A DNA stretch of 64,000 bases from Bacteroidota bacterium (GTDB lineage Bacteria > Bacteroidota > Bacteroidia > NS11-12g > UBA955), in NCBI GenBank assembly GCA_018333525.1, contig JAGXTF010000013.1:24912-88911 (forward strand), written 5' to 3'. This document shows positions 46,714-55,744 of this stretch, in pieces. The position numbers and the translations under genes were made by a program. The first letter of the stretch is position 1, and each line of letters starts with the position of its first letter. A model generated the notes under the pieces. That model did no database searches and was not told the origin of the DNA. It saw nothing but the letters and a program-made list of their open reading frames with translations.

Positions 46714-47724
46714 ATGAAAGCATCTGAAAAATCTCCCGTTAATTTTCAATGGAACGATTGGTACGAAGCTGTTGGCGGAAGAAAAATTCAGATAGATGAG
46801 GTAGATGCGTTGTTAAACAAAATCTACAACGATCAGTATTTGCGATTTCATGGTGAAATTGCTGAGAAAAAAACTGCATTTCATTCCCCGGAAGAAGCGG
46901 CTGAATTGATTAAAATAAAGGCTCTTGAATTTGGTGCAGATATGGTTGGAATTTGCCGGATTGAACCAACAGACATCTATAAGGGCAGAGAAGTGGCACA
47001 TACATTCGCCATTGCTGTCGGACAAAAAATGCTCTGGCGAAATTTTCAGGTTGTACCATCGCAGGAAAGTGCAATTGAATGTGTGCGAGTATATTATACC
47101 CTTGGCGAAACTGTAATTAAAATTGCAGAATTTATTCGAAGCCTGGGATACGACTGCAGTATAGAACATCCAATTGGCGACAGTGATTTATTGCATATTC
47201 CAATTGGCTTAAAAGCGGGATTCGGAGAATTGGGAAGACATGGTTCTATCATTCACCCGGTTCATGGTCCATTATTTCGTATGGGAAGTGTTGCCACGTC
47301 TATTCCTTTGGCCTGTGATACGCCAATAGACGCGGGAATTGCAGACTTTTGCGACAAATGCCGTGCTTGCCGCATTTATTGTCCGGCAAATGCTATACCT
47401 GATGAAAGATCAAAATCCGGCGGTAAAGACCATTTGGGAAACGACAGGTACATGGTGGATACAGGAAAATGCTTTCCCTATTTTGCCAATCACTATTATT
47501 GTTCTGCTTGTTTACCGGTTTGTGTATACAATCACAAAGAATGGGCTCGAGATTTCGAGGGGCATGCCACCACTAGTTTCCCCCTTGTAGTATTCGAAAA
47601 CGCACCATTACCTGCAGATACTGTGGCTGAGGACAAAAAACATTTCTATCCAAAAAACAATCGGGATAAACCAGTGGAAATACCAGCGGGCAAACATCAT
47701 TTGGACAAGACAAGCAAAATCTGA
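46714..47724 (+). CDS. Cytoplasmic Fe-S protein of the reductive dehalogenase / QueG superfamily
   Basis: KAGFGELGRHGSIIHP..GPLFRMGSV.T..PL..D.PID, followed by CDKCRACRIYCPANAI and CSACLPVCVYN. No Tat or signal peptide. Only 336 aa. Confidence 0.6.
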   Translation: MKASEKSPVNFQWNDWYEAVGGRKIQIDEVDALLNKIYNDQYLRFHGEIAEKKTAFHSPEEAAELIKIKALEFGADMVGICRIEPTDIYKGREVAHTFAIAVGQKMLWRNFQVVPSQESAIECVRVYYTLGETVIKIAEFIRSLGYDCSIEHPIGDSDLLHIPIGLKAGFGELGRHGSIIHPVHGPLFRMGSVATSIPLACDTPIDAGIADFCDKCRACRIYCPANAIPDERSKSGGKDHLGNDRYMVDTGKCFPYFANHYYCSACLPVCVYNHKEWARDFEGHATTSFPLVVFENAPLPADTVAEDKKHFYPKNNRDKPVEIPAGKHHLDKTSKI

Positions 47725-47766
47725 TTTTTATTTGTTGGCACAATTATTTATTTTGCACTTTAATTT

Positions 47767-48126
47767 ATGAATCAAAAAGTACTCATTTTTGGGCTGATAA
47801 CCGCAGGGGCACTGCTAATTACCGGTTGTGCCGCAAAAAAAACCACCGCGGATGAATGTTCCGGTTTAACGGTTTCTTATGAAAAAGACGTTCAGCCAAT
47901 CCTATTTAACAATTGCGCTAAAGGTTGTCATAGTGAAAAAAACAAAGCAGGTGGAATTGACCTTTCAACCTTCGAAAATGTGAAGGCCATCAGTTCTGAA
48001 TCTCGATTCATGGGAGCAATCAGACATTTGGCGGGTTTTGATGCAATGCCAATGAAAGCACCAAAGCTTTCTGATTCAAGCATCAGGGTAATTCAATGCT
48101 GGATCAAAAACGGCACCGCACAGTAA
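47767..48126 (+). CDS. Small lipoprotein with a cytochrome-c-like CX3CH motif (PSCyt1-like context)
   Basis: Lipobox LLITGC. Motif ILFNNCAKGCHSEKNKAGGIDLSTFENV. Confidence 0.5.
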   Translation: MNQKVLIFGLITAGALLITGCAAKKTTADECSGLTVSYEKDVQPILFNNCAKGCHSEKNKAGGIDLSTFENVKAISSESRFMGAIRHLAGFDAMPMKAPKLSDSSIRVIQCWIKNGTAQ

Positions 48127-48180
48127 ACGATATTATTTTATTTCGAAATATTTGTCATTCCGAATTGCAGGAATAAAGGA

Positions 48181-48188
48181 TAATTTTG
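48181..48188 (+). promoter_or_regulatory. -7 box TAATTTTG, 4 nt upstream of ATG 48193
   Basis: Exact TAnnTTTG match. Reads TAATTTTG-CGTC-ATG. Confidence 0.5.
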
Positions 48189-48192
48189 CGTC

Positions 48193-48597
48193 ATGCATTT
48201 GAAAATACAACCCAATACTACCTTATTTGAAATAAAATCATTTCTTCACGAGAGTTTTCCGTATTTAGATATTGCATTTTTTAAAACTGCACATCATACC
48301 GGGGAAGGCAACAGGCGCGCTGATCTTCTGCCTAATAGCCTACATATCTCGGAAGCTGGAAATGGCAATTCAGGGGAGCTGGTAGTGGAACCCGGCACCC
48401 TGGTTCAAGATCTTGAACATGCATTTACAAAAGAGTTCGGATTATATGCCCAAATTATGCGCAAAAGTGGCAATGTTTGGTTGCAAACCACCACTTCCGA
48501 CAATTTGAGTCTGGAGCAAATAAACCAAATGGCAAAGCAGGCAAACGATTCTGAGCCACTGCCTGAAGAACCCCAGGATTATCACGAACAGGAGTAA
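48193..48597 (+). CDS. Hypothetical protein (134 aa, acidic C-terminus)
   Basis: ORF with a promoter box directly upstream. No recognisable motif. Confidence 0.6.
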   Translation: MHLKIQPNTTLFEIKSFLHESFPYLDIAFFKTAHHTGEGNRRADLLPNSLHISEAGNGNSGELVVEPGTLVQDLEHAFTKEFGLYAQIMRKSGNVWLQTTTSDNLSLEQINQMAKQANDSEPLPEEPQDYHEQE

Positions 48598-48701
48598 AGC
48601 GTTCATATCTTTCAAAATTTGAATTGAAGGCTATTTTGTACAGGTGAACATCTATTCTTCCTGCATATTTGATAAATAAGGACCTTTGTTTCTGATATAT
48701 C

Positions 48702-49421
48702 ATGCATGATGAAAATCAAACTCTTGTAACCTGCGCAGTTACAGGTACGCAAATGCGTATTCAAAAAGCATATTCTGCCAATAATTTACGCCAGCAATTA
48801 TTCGATTTAATAGTTTCGGAACACCCCAATGTAAACCGTCTGAGTTATTTAACTCCGGAATGTGTAAATGAATACAGGGAGAAATACATTCGGAATCTGA
48901 TAGAGGAAGAATATGGCCAGGTAGACCAATTGCAAAATGAAGTCATAAATGCAATCAAACACAGTAAAATTCTAAGCTATAAAATCGGTAATGAAATTGC
49001 AGAAATCCCCACATTTGGCGAGCGCATTGCTGATAAAATTGCCCTTTTTGGAGGCAGTTGGACCTTTATTCTGAGTTTTTTTGGATTTATTATGATTTGG
49101 ATTGGAGTAAATGTTTATTTTCTTTCCCAATCGGCTTTCGATCCCTACCCATTTATTTTATTGAATTTAATTCTAAGTTGTCTGGCATCCATTCAGGCGC
49201 CCATCATTATGATGAGCCAAAACAGACAGGAACATAAAGACAGAATTCGTGGAGAGCATGATTACAAGATCAATTTAAAGGCGGAATTGGAAATCAAATT
49301 ATTGCACGAAAAAATGGATCACCTCATTGTGCACCAACACCAAAGATTGTTGGAAATACAGGAATTACAGGCAGATTATCTCAAAGATATTATGCATAAA
49401 TTAAATGGAAATAAAACCTGA
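48702..49421 (+). CDS. DUF1003-family membrane protein
   Basis: Two TM helices followed by ASIQAPIIMMSQNRQEHKDRIRGEHDYKINLKAELEI, the DUF1003 hallmark as I recall it. Confidence 0.78.
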   Translation: MHDENQTLVTCAVTGTQMRIQKAYSANNLRQQLFDLIVSEHPNVNRLSYLTPECVNEYREKYIRNLIEEEYGQVDQLQNEVINAIKHSKILSYKIGNEIAEIPTFGERIADKIALFGGSWTFILSFFGFIMIWIGVNVYFLSQSAFDPYPFILLNLILSCLASIQAPIIMMSQNRQEHKDRIRGEHDYKINLKAELEIKLLHEKMDHLIVHQHQRLLEIQELQADYLKDIMHKLNGNKT

Positions 49422-49447
49422 ACAACAAAGGATCCAACTGTATATTA

Positions 49448-51223
49448 TTAGTCCTCTCCTACCTTAGGAATATAATTTTCCGGGTTATTTTGCTTTGTTT
49501 TTTCCATAAAACAATTCCCAATTACCAGTGCATCTAAACCTGTAGACATAAATCCGTGATATGCATCTTCCGGACTTTCCACTATCGGTTCACCGCGGAC
49601 ATTAAAGCTGGTATTTACCAAAACAGCACAACCCGTTTTCTTTTTAAATTCCAAAAGCAATGCGTGCAATTTGTTATTGGACAAAGCGGAAACAGTTTGA
49701 ACCCTGGCACTATTGTCTAAATGGGTAATTGCGGGCAATGGTATGTTATTGCTATTGTTGATGCAGTTCCATGTAAACATCATATGCGGACTTGGTTGAT
49801 CCATTTGGAAATAGTCAGCTGCAAATTCTTCTGCTACAACAGGTGCAAAAGGTCGAAAAGATTCGCGGAATTTGATCTTCAGGTTTAGATTCTTTTGCAT
49901 TTCCGGAGGTCTTGGATCTGCCAAAATCGATCTGTTGCCCAAGGCTCTGGGACCAAATTCCATTTTGCCCTGGTACCATCCTACTGCTTTGCCATCGGCC
50001 AGGATTTCGGCGACTTTCTCTAGCAACCTTTCATCTTCAAATTCGTCAAACTTTGCACCTGATTTATTAAGGATTTCAATGACATCAGATGCAGAATATT
50101 CATTTCCCAAATAGCAATTATTCATGCCATCCAAAACATCCACCTTTCTTATTTTATTTTCCGAATCCTCGGAATAATAGTATGCAAGTGCCGCGCCTAT
50201 TGCCCCTCCTGCATCCCCTGAGGCAGGTTGAACCCAAATATTTTTTGCGATTTTCTTCTGAAGTAATTTTCCATTAGCCACACAATTCAAAGCCACACCG
50301 CCGGCGAGACATAAATTCGGTGAACCGGAAGTTTCGATTGTATTGACTGCTAACTTTTCCATTACATCTTCTGTAACAGCCTGTATACTTGCAGCCAAAT
50401 CCATATATTCCTGTTGCATTGCACCCTCTTTTTGCCGGGTTGGAAATCCAAATAATTCAGAAAATTTTCTTCCTACCATTTTCAAACCCACCGGATATTC
50501 AAAATATTCCAAATTCAATGCATAACTACCATCCGGTTTGATGTCGATTAGTTTATCCTTTATCAAATTCTGGTAAACTGGTTTTCCATAAGGAGCCAAA
50601 CCCATTAGTTTATACTCGCCGCTGTTTACTTTAAAACCACAATATTGGGTAAAGGTGGAATACAGCAAACCGAGGGAATGCGGAAAATGAATTTCTTTTT
50701 TAAGGGTAATTTTATTTCCACTCCCGGCTGCTATAGAAGTGGTTGCCCATTCTCCCACGCCATCGGCAACCAGAATCCCTGCACTTTCAAAAGGAGATGG
50801 GTAAAATGCCGAGGCCGCATGGCTTAAATGATGTTCGGAAAATAGAATTTCTCTGTAATCCAAATTAGCAAAACCACAATTTTTTAGTTCTTTATAAAGC
50901 AAATCCCTGAGAAATAATTTTTCCTTTAACCAAAGCGGCATGGCTTTTCTAAAACTCATAAATCCTTTTGGCGCAAAGGATAAATAGGTTTCCAAAAGCC
51001 TTTCGAATTTCAACAATGGTTTATCGTAAAATACAATTGCGTCAATATTTTCAGGCAACACATTTGCGACCTCCATACATTTAAGTATCGACCTAAATGG
51101 AAAATCGCTGTCGTGTTTTTTGCGGCTAAATCTCTCCTCCTGTAAGGCAGAAAGAATAATTCCATTCTCGATTATAGCAGCCGCACTATCGTGGAAATAT
51201 GCCGATATTCCCAGTACCCTCAT
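49448..51223 (-). CDS. NodU/CmcH-family carbamoyltransferase (SxtI-like)
   Basis: N-terminus RVLGISAYFHDSAAAIIENGIILSALQEERFSRKKHD and C-terminal YrdC/Kae1-like halves typical of the family. Confidence 0.92.
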   Translation of the reverse strand: MRVLGISAYFHDSAAAIIENGIILSALQEERFSRKKHDSDFPFRSILKCMEVANVLPENIDAIVFYDKPLLKFERLLETYLSFAPKGFMSFRKAMPLWLKEKLFLRDLLYKELKNCGFANLDYREILFSEHHLSHAASAFYPSPFESAGILVADGVGEWATTSIAAGSGNKITLKKEIHFPHSLGLLYSTFTQYCGFKVNSGEYKLMGLAPYGKPVYQNLIKDKLIDIKPDGSYALNLEYFEYPVGLKMVGRKFSELFGFPTRQKEGAMQQEYMDLAASIQAVTEDVMEKLAVNTIETSGSPNLCLAGGVALNCVANGKLLQKKIAKNIWVQPASGDAGGAIGAALAYYYSEDSENKIRKVDVLDGMNNCYLGNEYSASDVIEILNKSGAKFDEFEDERLLEKVAEILADGKAVGWYQGKMEFGPRALGNRSILADPRPPEMQKNLNLKIKFRESFRPFAPVVAEEFAADYFQMDQPSPHMMFTWNCINNSNNIPLPAITHLDNSARVQTVSALSNNKLHALLLEFKKKTGCAVLVNTSFNVRGEPIVESPEDAYHGFMSTGLDALVIGNCFMEKTKQNNPENYIPKVGED

Positions 51224-51376
51224 TTAAAAAAGTGTGTAAATTAATGGCGCTATCGCACTGGATTGGGCAAGAATCATAAGTACTCCCAAAAGCAGTAATA
51301 CAGCGATGATTGGGATCAGCCAGAATTTTTTTCTCTCTTTTAAAAATTGCCAAAATTCTTTTAAAAAATACCACAT
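51224..51376 (-). CDS. 50-aa single-TM protein (DUF5989/SxtK-like); missing from the ORF track
   Basis: My own translation: MWYFLKEFWQFLKERKKFWLIPIIAVLLLLGVLMILAQSSAIAPLIYTLF. Its stop TAA abuts the carbamoyltransferase ATG, and its ATG lies 1 nt after the upstream gene's stop. Confidence 0.6.
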   Translation of the reverse strand: MWYFLKEFWQFLKERKKFWLIPIIAVLLLLGVLMILAQSSAIAPLIYTLF

Positions 51377-51377
51377 T

Positions 51378-51782
51378 TCAGAATATAGTTTCAAAACGGA
51401 CAGTGTCTTTTTCTCTCTGTTTCCAATATGACTCAGCCTGATTCCTGCTGAATTTTCTTTTAATTCCCTTTCCGAATAATTTTCTGATTAGTGCAACGGG
51501 AAAAATTAATACGAAAAAAACAAATCCAAGAATTATCGGATTGGTTATTTTTTGCAACCACATTCCAAAGTAGAACCATGCCTTGTTTAAGGGTCTCAGT
51601 GCAACCGGGAAATAATATGCAAGCCCAAGAAAAACACCACCAATAATAATGAGGTAATCTCCGAGTACATCGCTTTTTTTATACCAAAAATATACGCCGA
51701 AAATGAGAAGGATTACGCCAATGGTATTCCCAAATTTCTTTTCACCAGATTTATTTTCAATATGTAATTCCCGGTTTTCCAA
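51378..51782 (-). CDS. Small polytopic membrane protein (SxtJ-like)
   Basis: 134 aa with three hydrophobic helices. The N-terminus KSGEKKFGNTIGVILLIFG resembles SxtJ-family proteins. TTG start 3 nt after the oxidoreductase stop. Confidence 0.62.
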   Translation of the reverse strand: MENRELHIENKSGEKKFGNTIGVILLIFGVYFWYKKSDVLGDYLIIIGGVFLGLAYYFPVALRPLNKAWFYFGMWLQKITNPIILGFVFFVLIFPVALIRKLFGKGIKRKFSRNQAESYWKQREKDTVRFETIF

Positions 51783-51785
51783 TAA

Positions 51786-52793
51786 TCAGATTTCTATTAA
51801 TTTGCCTTTTCCCAACATACTTTTTTGTGCCGCTTCTAAAATCGTTACCACATGCAAACCGCTCTGGTGGTCGCTTACAGGCCTGGTACCCTCCATTATA
51901 GCTTTGGTAAAATCTTTCGCAACACCAAGGAGGGCTTCGGTTTGTTCTAATTTCGGAATATAAATATCTCCAAACCTGTAATCAATTAGCCATTGGTGCA
52001 TTTCTTCCGGGGTGGAAACAGAAAAACCGGAATCATAAATTTTGATTTTTTCTGTTGGCTCCACATCATCATAAATAACCATTTTTTTGGATCCTCCGAT
52101 CAAAGTTTTTCTGATTTTCACAGGGCTTATCCAGCTACTGGTAATATGGGCAATGGTATTGTCGTTAAAATATAATGTGATATACGCAATATCTTCAATG
52201 GGCATTTTGGTGTGGCTAATACCTGTTGCACTTACACCAGCCACTTTTTTCCCTGCAGTGATATAATCAAAAATAGAAAGGTCATGTACTGCCAAATCCC
52301 AGATTACACTCCAATTGGGATTGAACAACCCAAGGTTGACGCGGGTGCTGTCGAAGTACTGCAATTCCCCTATCTCGCCTTCGTCCATCAAACCGCGAAT
52401 TTTTCGCACTGCTCCTGTGTATAGAAAAGTATGATCCACCATCAAAACTTTTCCCATGCGTTCCGCTATTTCTATAAGTTCTGTTACCTCCGCGTTACTG
52501 GTAGCCAGAGGCTTTTCCACCAATACATGTTTGTTATTTTCAAGGGCTTTTTTCGCCAACTCATAATGCGTTTTGATGGGTGTTGCGAGTACAACTGCAT
52601 CCACATCTGTTCTCGAAATTATTTCTTCGGCAGATGCATAGGTTTCTATAGCCGGATAATTGGATTTGATTCGGGCCAGCCGTTTTTCATCAAAATCCGC
52701 AACACAGGTAACTTTAGCGTCGGTTAGATTGTTAAAATTTCTCACCAGGTTAGGACCCCAATATCCAAGTCCGACAATTCCAATACGGAGCAT
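51786..52793 (-). CDS. Gfo/Idh/MocA-family NAD(P)-dependent oxidoreductase
   Basis: Rossmann N-terminus MLRIGIVGLGYWGPNLVRNF and an EKPLA motif (VLVEKPLATS). Start placed at ATG 52793. Confidence 0.9.
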   Translation of the reverse strand: MLRIGIVGLGYWGPNLVRNFNNLTDAKVTCVADFDEKRLARIKSNYPAIETYASAEEIISRTDVDAVVLATPIKTHYELAKKALENNKHVLVEKPLATSNAEVTELIEIAERMGKVLMVDHTFLYTGAVRKIRGLMDEGEIGELQYFDSTRVNLGLFNPNWSVIWDLAVHDLSIFDYITAGKKVAGVSATGISHTKMPIEDIAYITLYFNDNTIAHITSSWISPVKIRKTLIGGSKKMVIYDDVEPTEKIKIYDSGFSVSTPEEMHQWLIDYRFGDIYIPKLEQTEALLGVAKDFTKAIMEGTRPVSDHQSGLHVVTILEAAQKSMLGKGKLIEI

Positions 52794-52853
52794 AAGCCGC
52801 AAAGAAAGTAATATTAGGGCAATGATGGCGGTTTCCTTCGGCAGAAAATTAAT

Positions 52854-52861
52854 TATGTTTG
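52854..52861 (+). promoter_or_regulatory. -7 box TATGTTTG upstream of ATG 52871
   Basis: Exact TAnnTTTG match 9 nt upstream of the start. Confidence 0.45.
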
Positions 52862-52870
52862 CCATTCAAT

Positions 52871-55744
52871 ATGGCTAAAAAGCAACAGGTAACTGAAACG
52901 ACTCACCTCAAACAAATTAGCGTGGCTTTGGGATTTTTGCATTCCGGTGTTTCCAATATTCCGGATGAATTGAGAAAGAACCCGGGATTAAAAATTGTGG
53001 AGGGAACAGATCCCGCAACAATGCTACAAAATCTGCGCGCTGCTGAAGCCGAATTAAAGATTGTGGTGCCGGGAGTAGATGACTTGCGCCCCCAAATGTT
53101 TCAACATGCTTTGAAACATATTTTATCTGAAAAAGTGCCCTCCGGTCAATATTTTACTATTGTTAGTGGCTCAAACAAATCCCGCTTCACAGAATTGTTA
53201 TCCGGATTTGGCAAAGCAGAATGGAATTTATCAGCCATAGCTTTTGGCGCACATGCATTTGAAAAATTCATATCAGAAAACACCATACCCGACAATGCAT
53301 TTGAATTGGCTTATATCGCAGAAAAAACCTGTTGTGCAAATGAAATTATTTCAACAGAATCCAAAGAAATTGAGAAACCCAAACCCATTTCCGCACTGAC
53401 CAGAAAGTTTCAAACCGCTTTAAAATATTACACTTCCGGGGGGTTGCGTTCTTTCCATAAATATCTTTTCCTGGCCTTCTCCGCAATTGCACTATTAGCT
53501 GCAATGTGGATGAGCAAAGATGCGGGTATTTCAGGTGATGAATTCACGCAATACGAATACTCCAAACTCACTGCAAATTATTATGAATCCATGTTGGGCA
53601 GCGAAATTTCGGTGGATACAACCGGGCTCAAGAGTCAGAAAATGCTCACTCTGGTTAAAAAATCTTATTCAGAAAAAGCCAATCTGGCAACCCTGGAAGA
53701 TCCAGACAGACTGATGCATTTGTATGGCGCCAGTTTTGATACATTTACCACTTTAATGATTCGTTGGTTTGGTATCACCGAAGTAATGGATTTCAGACAT
53801 TTAATCAATTCCATATTCGGATTTCTGTGTGTATTCTTCGGAGCATTAATTGTAAGACGTGTTACAGGTGGAAGCTGGAAATATGCATGGATAACATTGG
53901 TAATATTATTTTTTACACCACGCCTGCTTGGAGAATCCTTTAACAATCCCAAAGATATTCCCTTTGCTGCGGGTTATGTAATGGCCATTTATTATACACT
54001 AAAAGGTTTTACCAATCTCAAGGTAATTCGCCTGAGTGCATTAATTGGCTTGGTATTCAGCATTGCACTTGGCATCAGCATTCGTATCGGAGGTGTGTTA
54101 TCCATTGCCATTTTCATTATGTATGCCGGCTTGCAATTTATCCGTAAAATTGGTGTCACTAATTTTCTGTCATTGCGTTGGACCGGATTCACAAAATTGT
54201 TAATTCCTGTTCTTGGAGTGACTATTGGAGGTTACCTGCTCGGAATATTTGTTTGGCCATATGGCTGGGATTCTCCCATAGACAATCCTATGAAAGCATT
54301 TAAAGGTTTCAGTAATTATTCAGGTAGTATTCGCCAGTTATTTGAAGGAAAATTATTTGATTCCGATATGTTGCCGCCATATTATTTGGCGAAATATATT
54401 CTGATTACTACACCTATTGCAGCAATTTTAGGTTGGGCTGCCCTTCTGATTTTCCCGGCATGGAAACGAACCAAATTCAACCTGCAGTTTTTCCTTATTT
54501 TATTTGCAGCAATATTTCCTGTATTTTTTATTTTCATACAAAAGTCTCAGGTATACGGTGGATTGAGGCATGTTTTATTTACCATTCCTTTCTTCATCAT
54601 TTGCGGAATTATTGGTTATTATCTGCTTGAAAACTGGTTTCGTGAAAAGAAATTTAGCGCATATATTTTCCCTGGAATTGCTCTGGGATTAACTTCATTA
54701 CCGGCTGCATTTATTGTTCAAAATCATCCATTGGAATATATTTATTTTAATGAATTGGTGGGGGGAACAAAAGGGGCGTACGGAAGTTACGAAATGGATT
54801 ATTATCTTGCCGGACTTAGGCCCAGCACCGAATGGTTTCTCGAAAATGTTGCCAGAAAAAATCCGGAAAAACAATTCAAATTATTGACCTATGGACCGGA
54901 TCAGGTAAAGTATTATTGCCGAAAAGATACCAATGTAAAAGTAGGTTTTACCAGGTATGATGACCGTAGCGAAAAAATGTGGGATTATGCCATTTTTTAT
55001 AATGCATATTTGGATAAAGAAAGATTGTTGGGAGGTAAATATCCACCGGTAGGGACTGTATATACACCTGAAGTTCAGGGAAAACCAATGGGATTGGTCA
55101 TTAAACGACCGAGTTACGCCGATTATGAAGGGTTTCAGGCAGACAGGAATCAGGATTTCAGACTTGCGGTTACGAAATATCAGGACTATTTAAAAACGGA
55201 TAAAAACAGCAATGAAGTCTATTTGTATCTGGCATATGCATACGCCAATCTCAAAAATATCGACAGTGCAATTTGGGCGGCCAAAACTTCGGTAGAATTG
55301 TACCCGGAATTTTCAAAAAGCCTTTTTGCATTAAATCAGTTTTATAATGAGAAAAATGATTTTGACAATGCAATTAAAGTAATGGATCAATATCTGGAAG
55401 CCAGGCCAAAGGATGCTGACGGATTTCTATTAAAGGCACAATCCTATGCCAGAAAGGCATATTCAGTTGGTGAAAAAGGCATGAACAGCAATTTACAACT
55501 TGCGATTGAAAGCGTACACCATGCAATTGAAATCAATCCTTTTGATGCAAGAAACTACCAATTGGGTACCCAGATTTATGCCGGAATGAAAGACAATTTA
55601 AATGCAGGGCAATACAATCAGGCGGCAGGGATGTTTTCGGCCAAAGATGCCAAACAATACAATGACGGCTTGGAAGCCATGAAGGGGATTTACTTGTCCA
55701 TAACAGGCAAAGAGCTGGATACCAGTAAACTGGAACAACAATAA
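52871..55744 (+). CDS. GT-C-fold (PMT/ArnT-like) membrane glycosyltransferase with an N-terminal cytoplasmic domain and C-terminal TPR repeats
   Basis: Approximately 200-aa soluble N-terminal domain, then about 11 TM helices with an acidic first-loop motif (ISGDEFTQYEY). The C-terminus carries TPR-like repeats (YLYLAYAYANLKNIDSAIWAAKTSVELYPEF...). Confidence 0.72.
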   Translation: MAKKQQVTETTHLKQISVALGFLHSGVSNIPDELRKNPGLKIVEGTDPATMLQNLRAAEAELKIVVPGVDDLRPQMFQHALKHILSEKVPSGQYFTIVSGSNKSRFTELLSGFGKAEWNLSAIAFGAHAFEKFISENTIPDNAFELAYIAEKTCCANEIISTESKEIEKPKPISALTRKFQTALKYYTSGGLRSFHKYLFLAFSAIALLAAMWMSKDAGISGDEFTQYEYSKLTANYYESMLGSEISVDTTGLKSQKMLTLVKKSYSEKANLATLEDPDRLMHLYGASFDTFTTLMIRWFGITEVMDFRHLINSIFGFLCVFFGALIVRRVTGGSWKYAWITLVILFFTPRLLGESFNNPKDIPFAAGYVMAIYYTLKGFTNLKVIRLSALIGLVFSIALGISIRIGGVLSIAIFIMYAGLQFIRKIGVTNFLSLRWTGFTKLLIPVLGVTIGGYLLGIFVWPYGWDSPIDNPMKAFKGFSNYSGSIRQLFEGKLFDSDMLPPYYLAKYILITTPIAAILGWAALLIFPAWKRTKFNLQFFLILFAAIFPVFFIFIQKSQVYGGLRHVLFTIPFFIICGIIGYYLLENWFREKKFSAYIFPGIALGLTSLPAAFIVQNHPLEYIYFNELVGGTKGAYGSYEMDYYLAGLRPSTEWFLENVARKNPEKQFKLLTYGPDQVKYYCRKDTNVKVGFTRYDDRSEKMWDYAIFYNAYLDKERLLGGKYPPVGTVYTPEVQGKPMGLVIKRPSYADYEGFQADRNQDFRLAVTKYQDYLKTDKNSNEVYLYLAYAYANLKNIDSAIWAAKTSVELYPEFSKSLFALNQFYNEKNDFDNAIKVMDQYLEARPKDADGFLLKAQSYARKAYSVGEKGMNSNLQLAIESVHHAIEINPFDARNYQLGTQIYAGMKDNLNAGQYNQAAGMFSAKDAKQYNDGLEAMKGIYLSITGKELDTSKLEQQ

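Noticed and set aside
51186-51374. 62-aa ORF listed in the six-frame track between the SxtJ-like gene and the carbamoyltransferase.
   Set aside because: It overlaps the carbamoyltransferase start by 38 nt and has an odd composition. A 50-aa TM protein in another frame (51224-51376) fits the gene junctions exactly.
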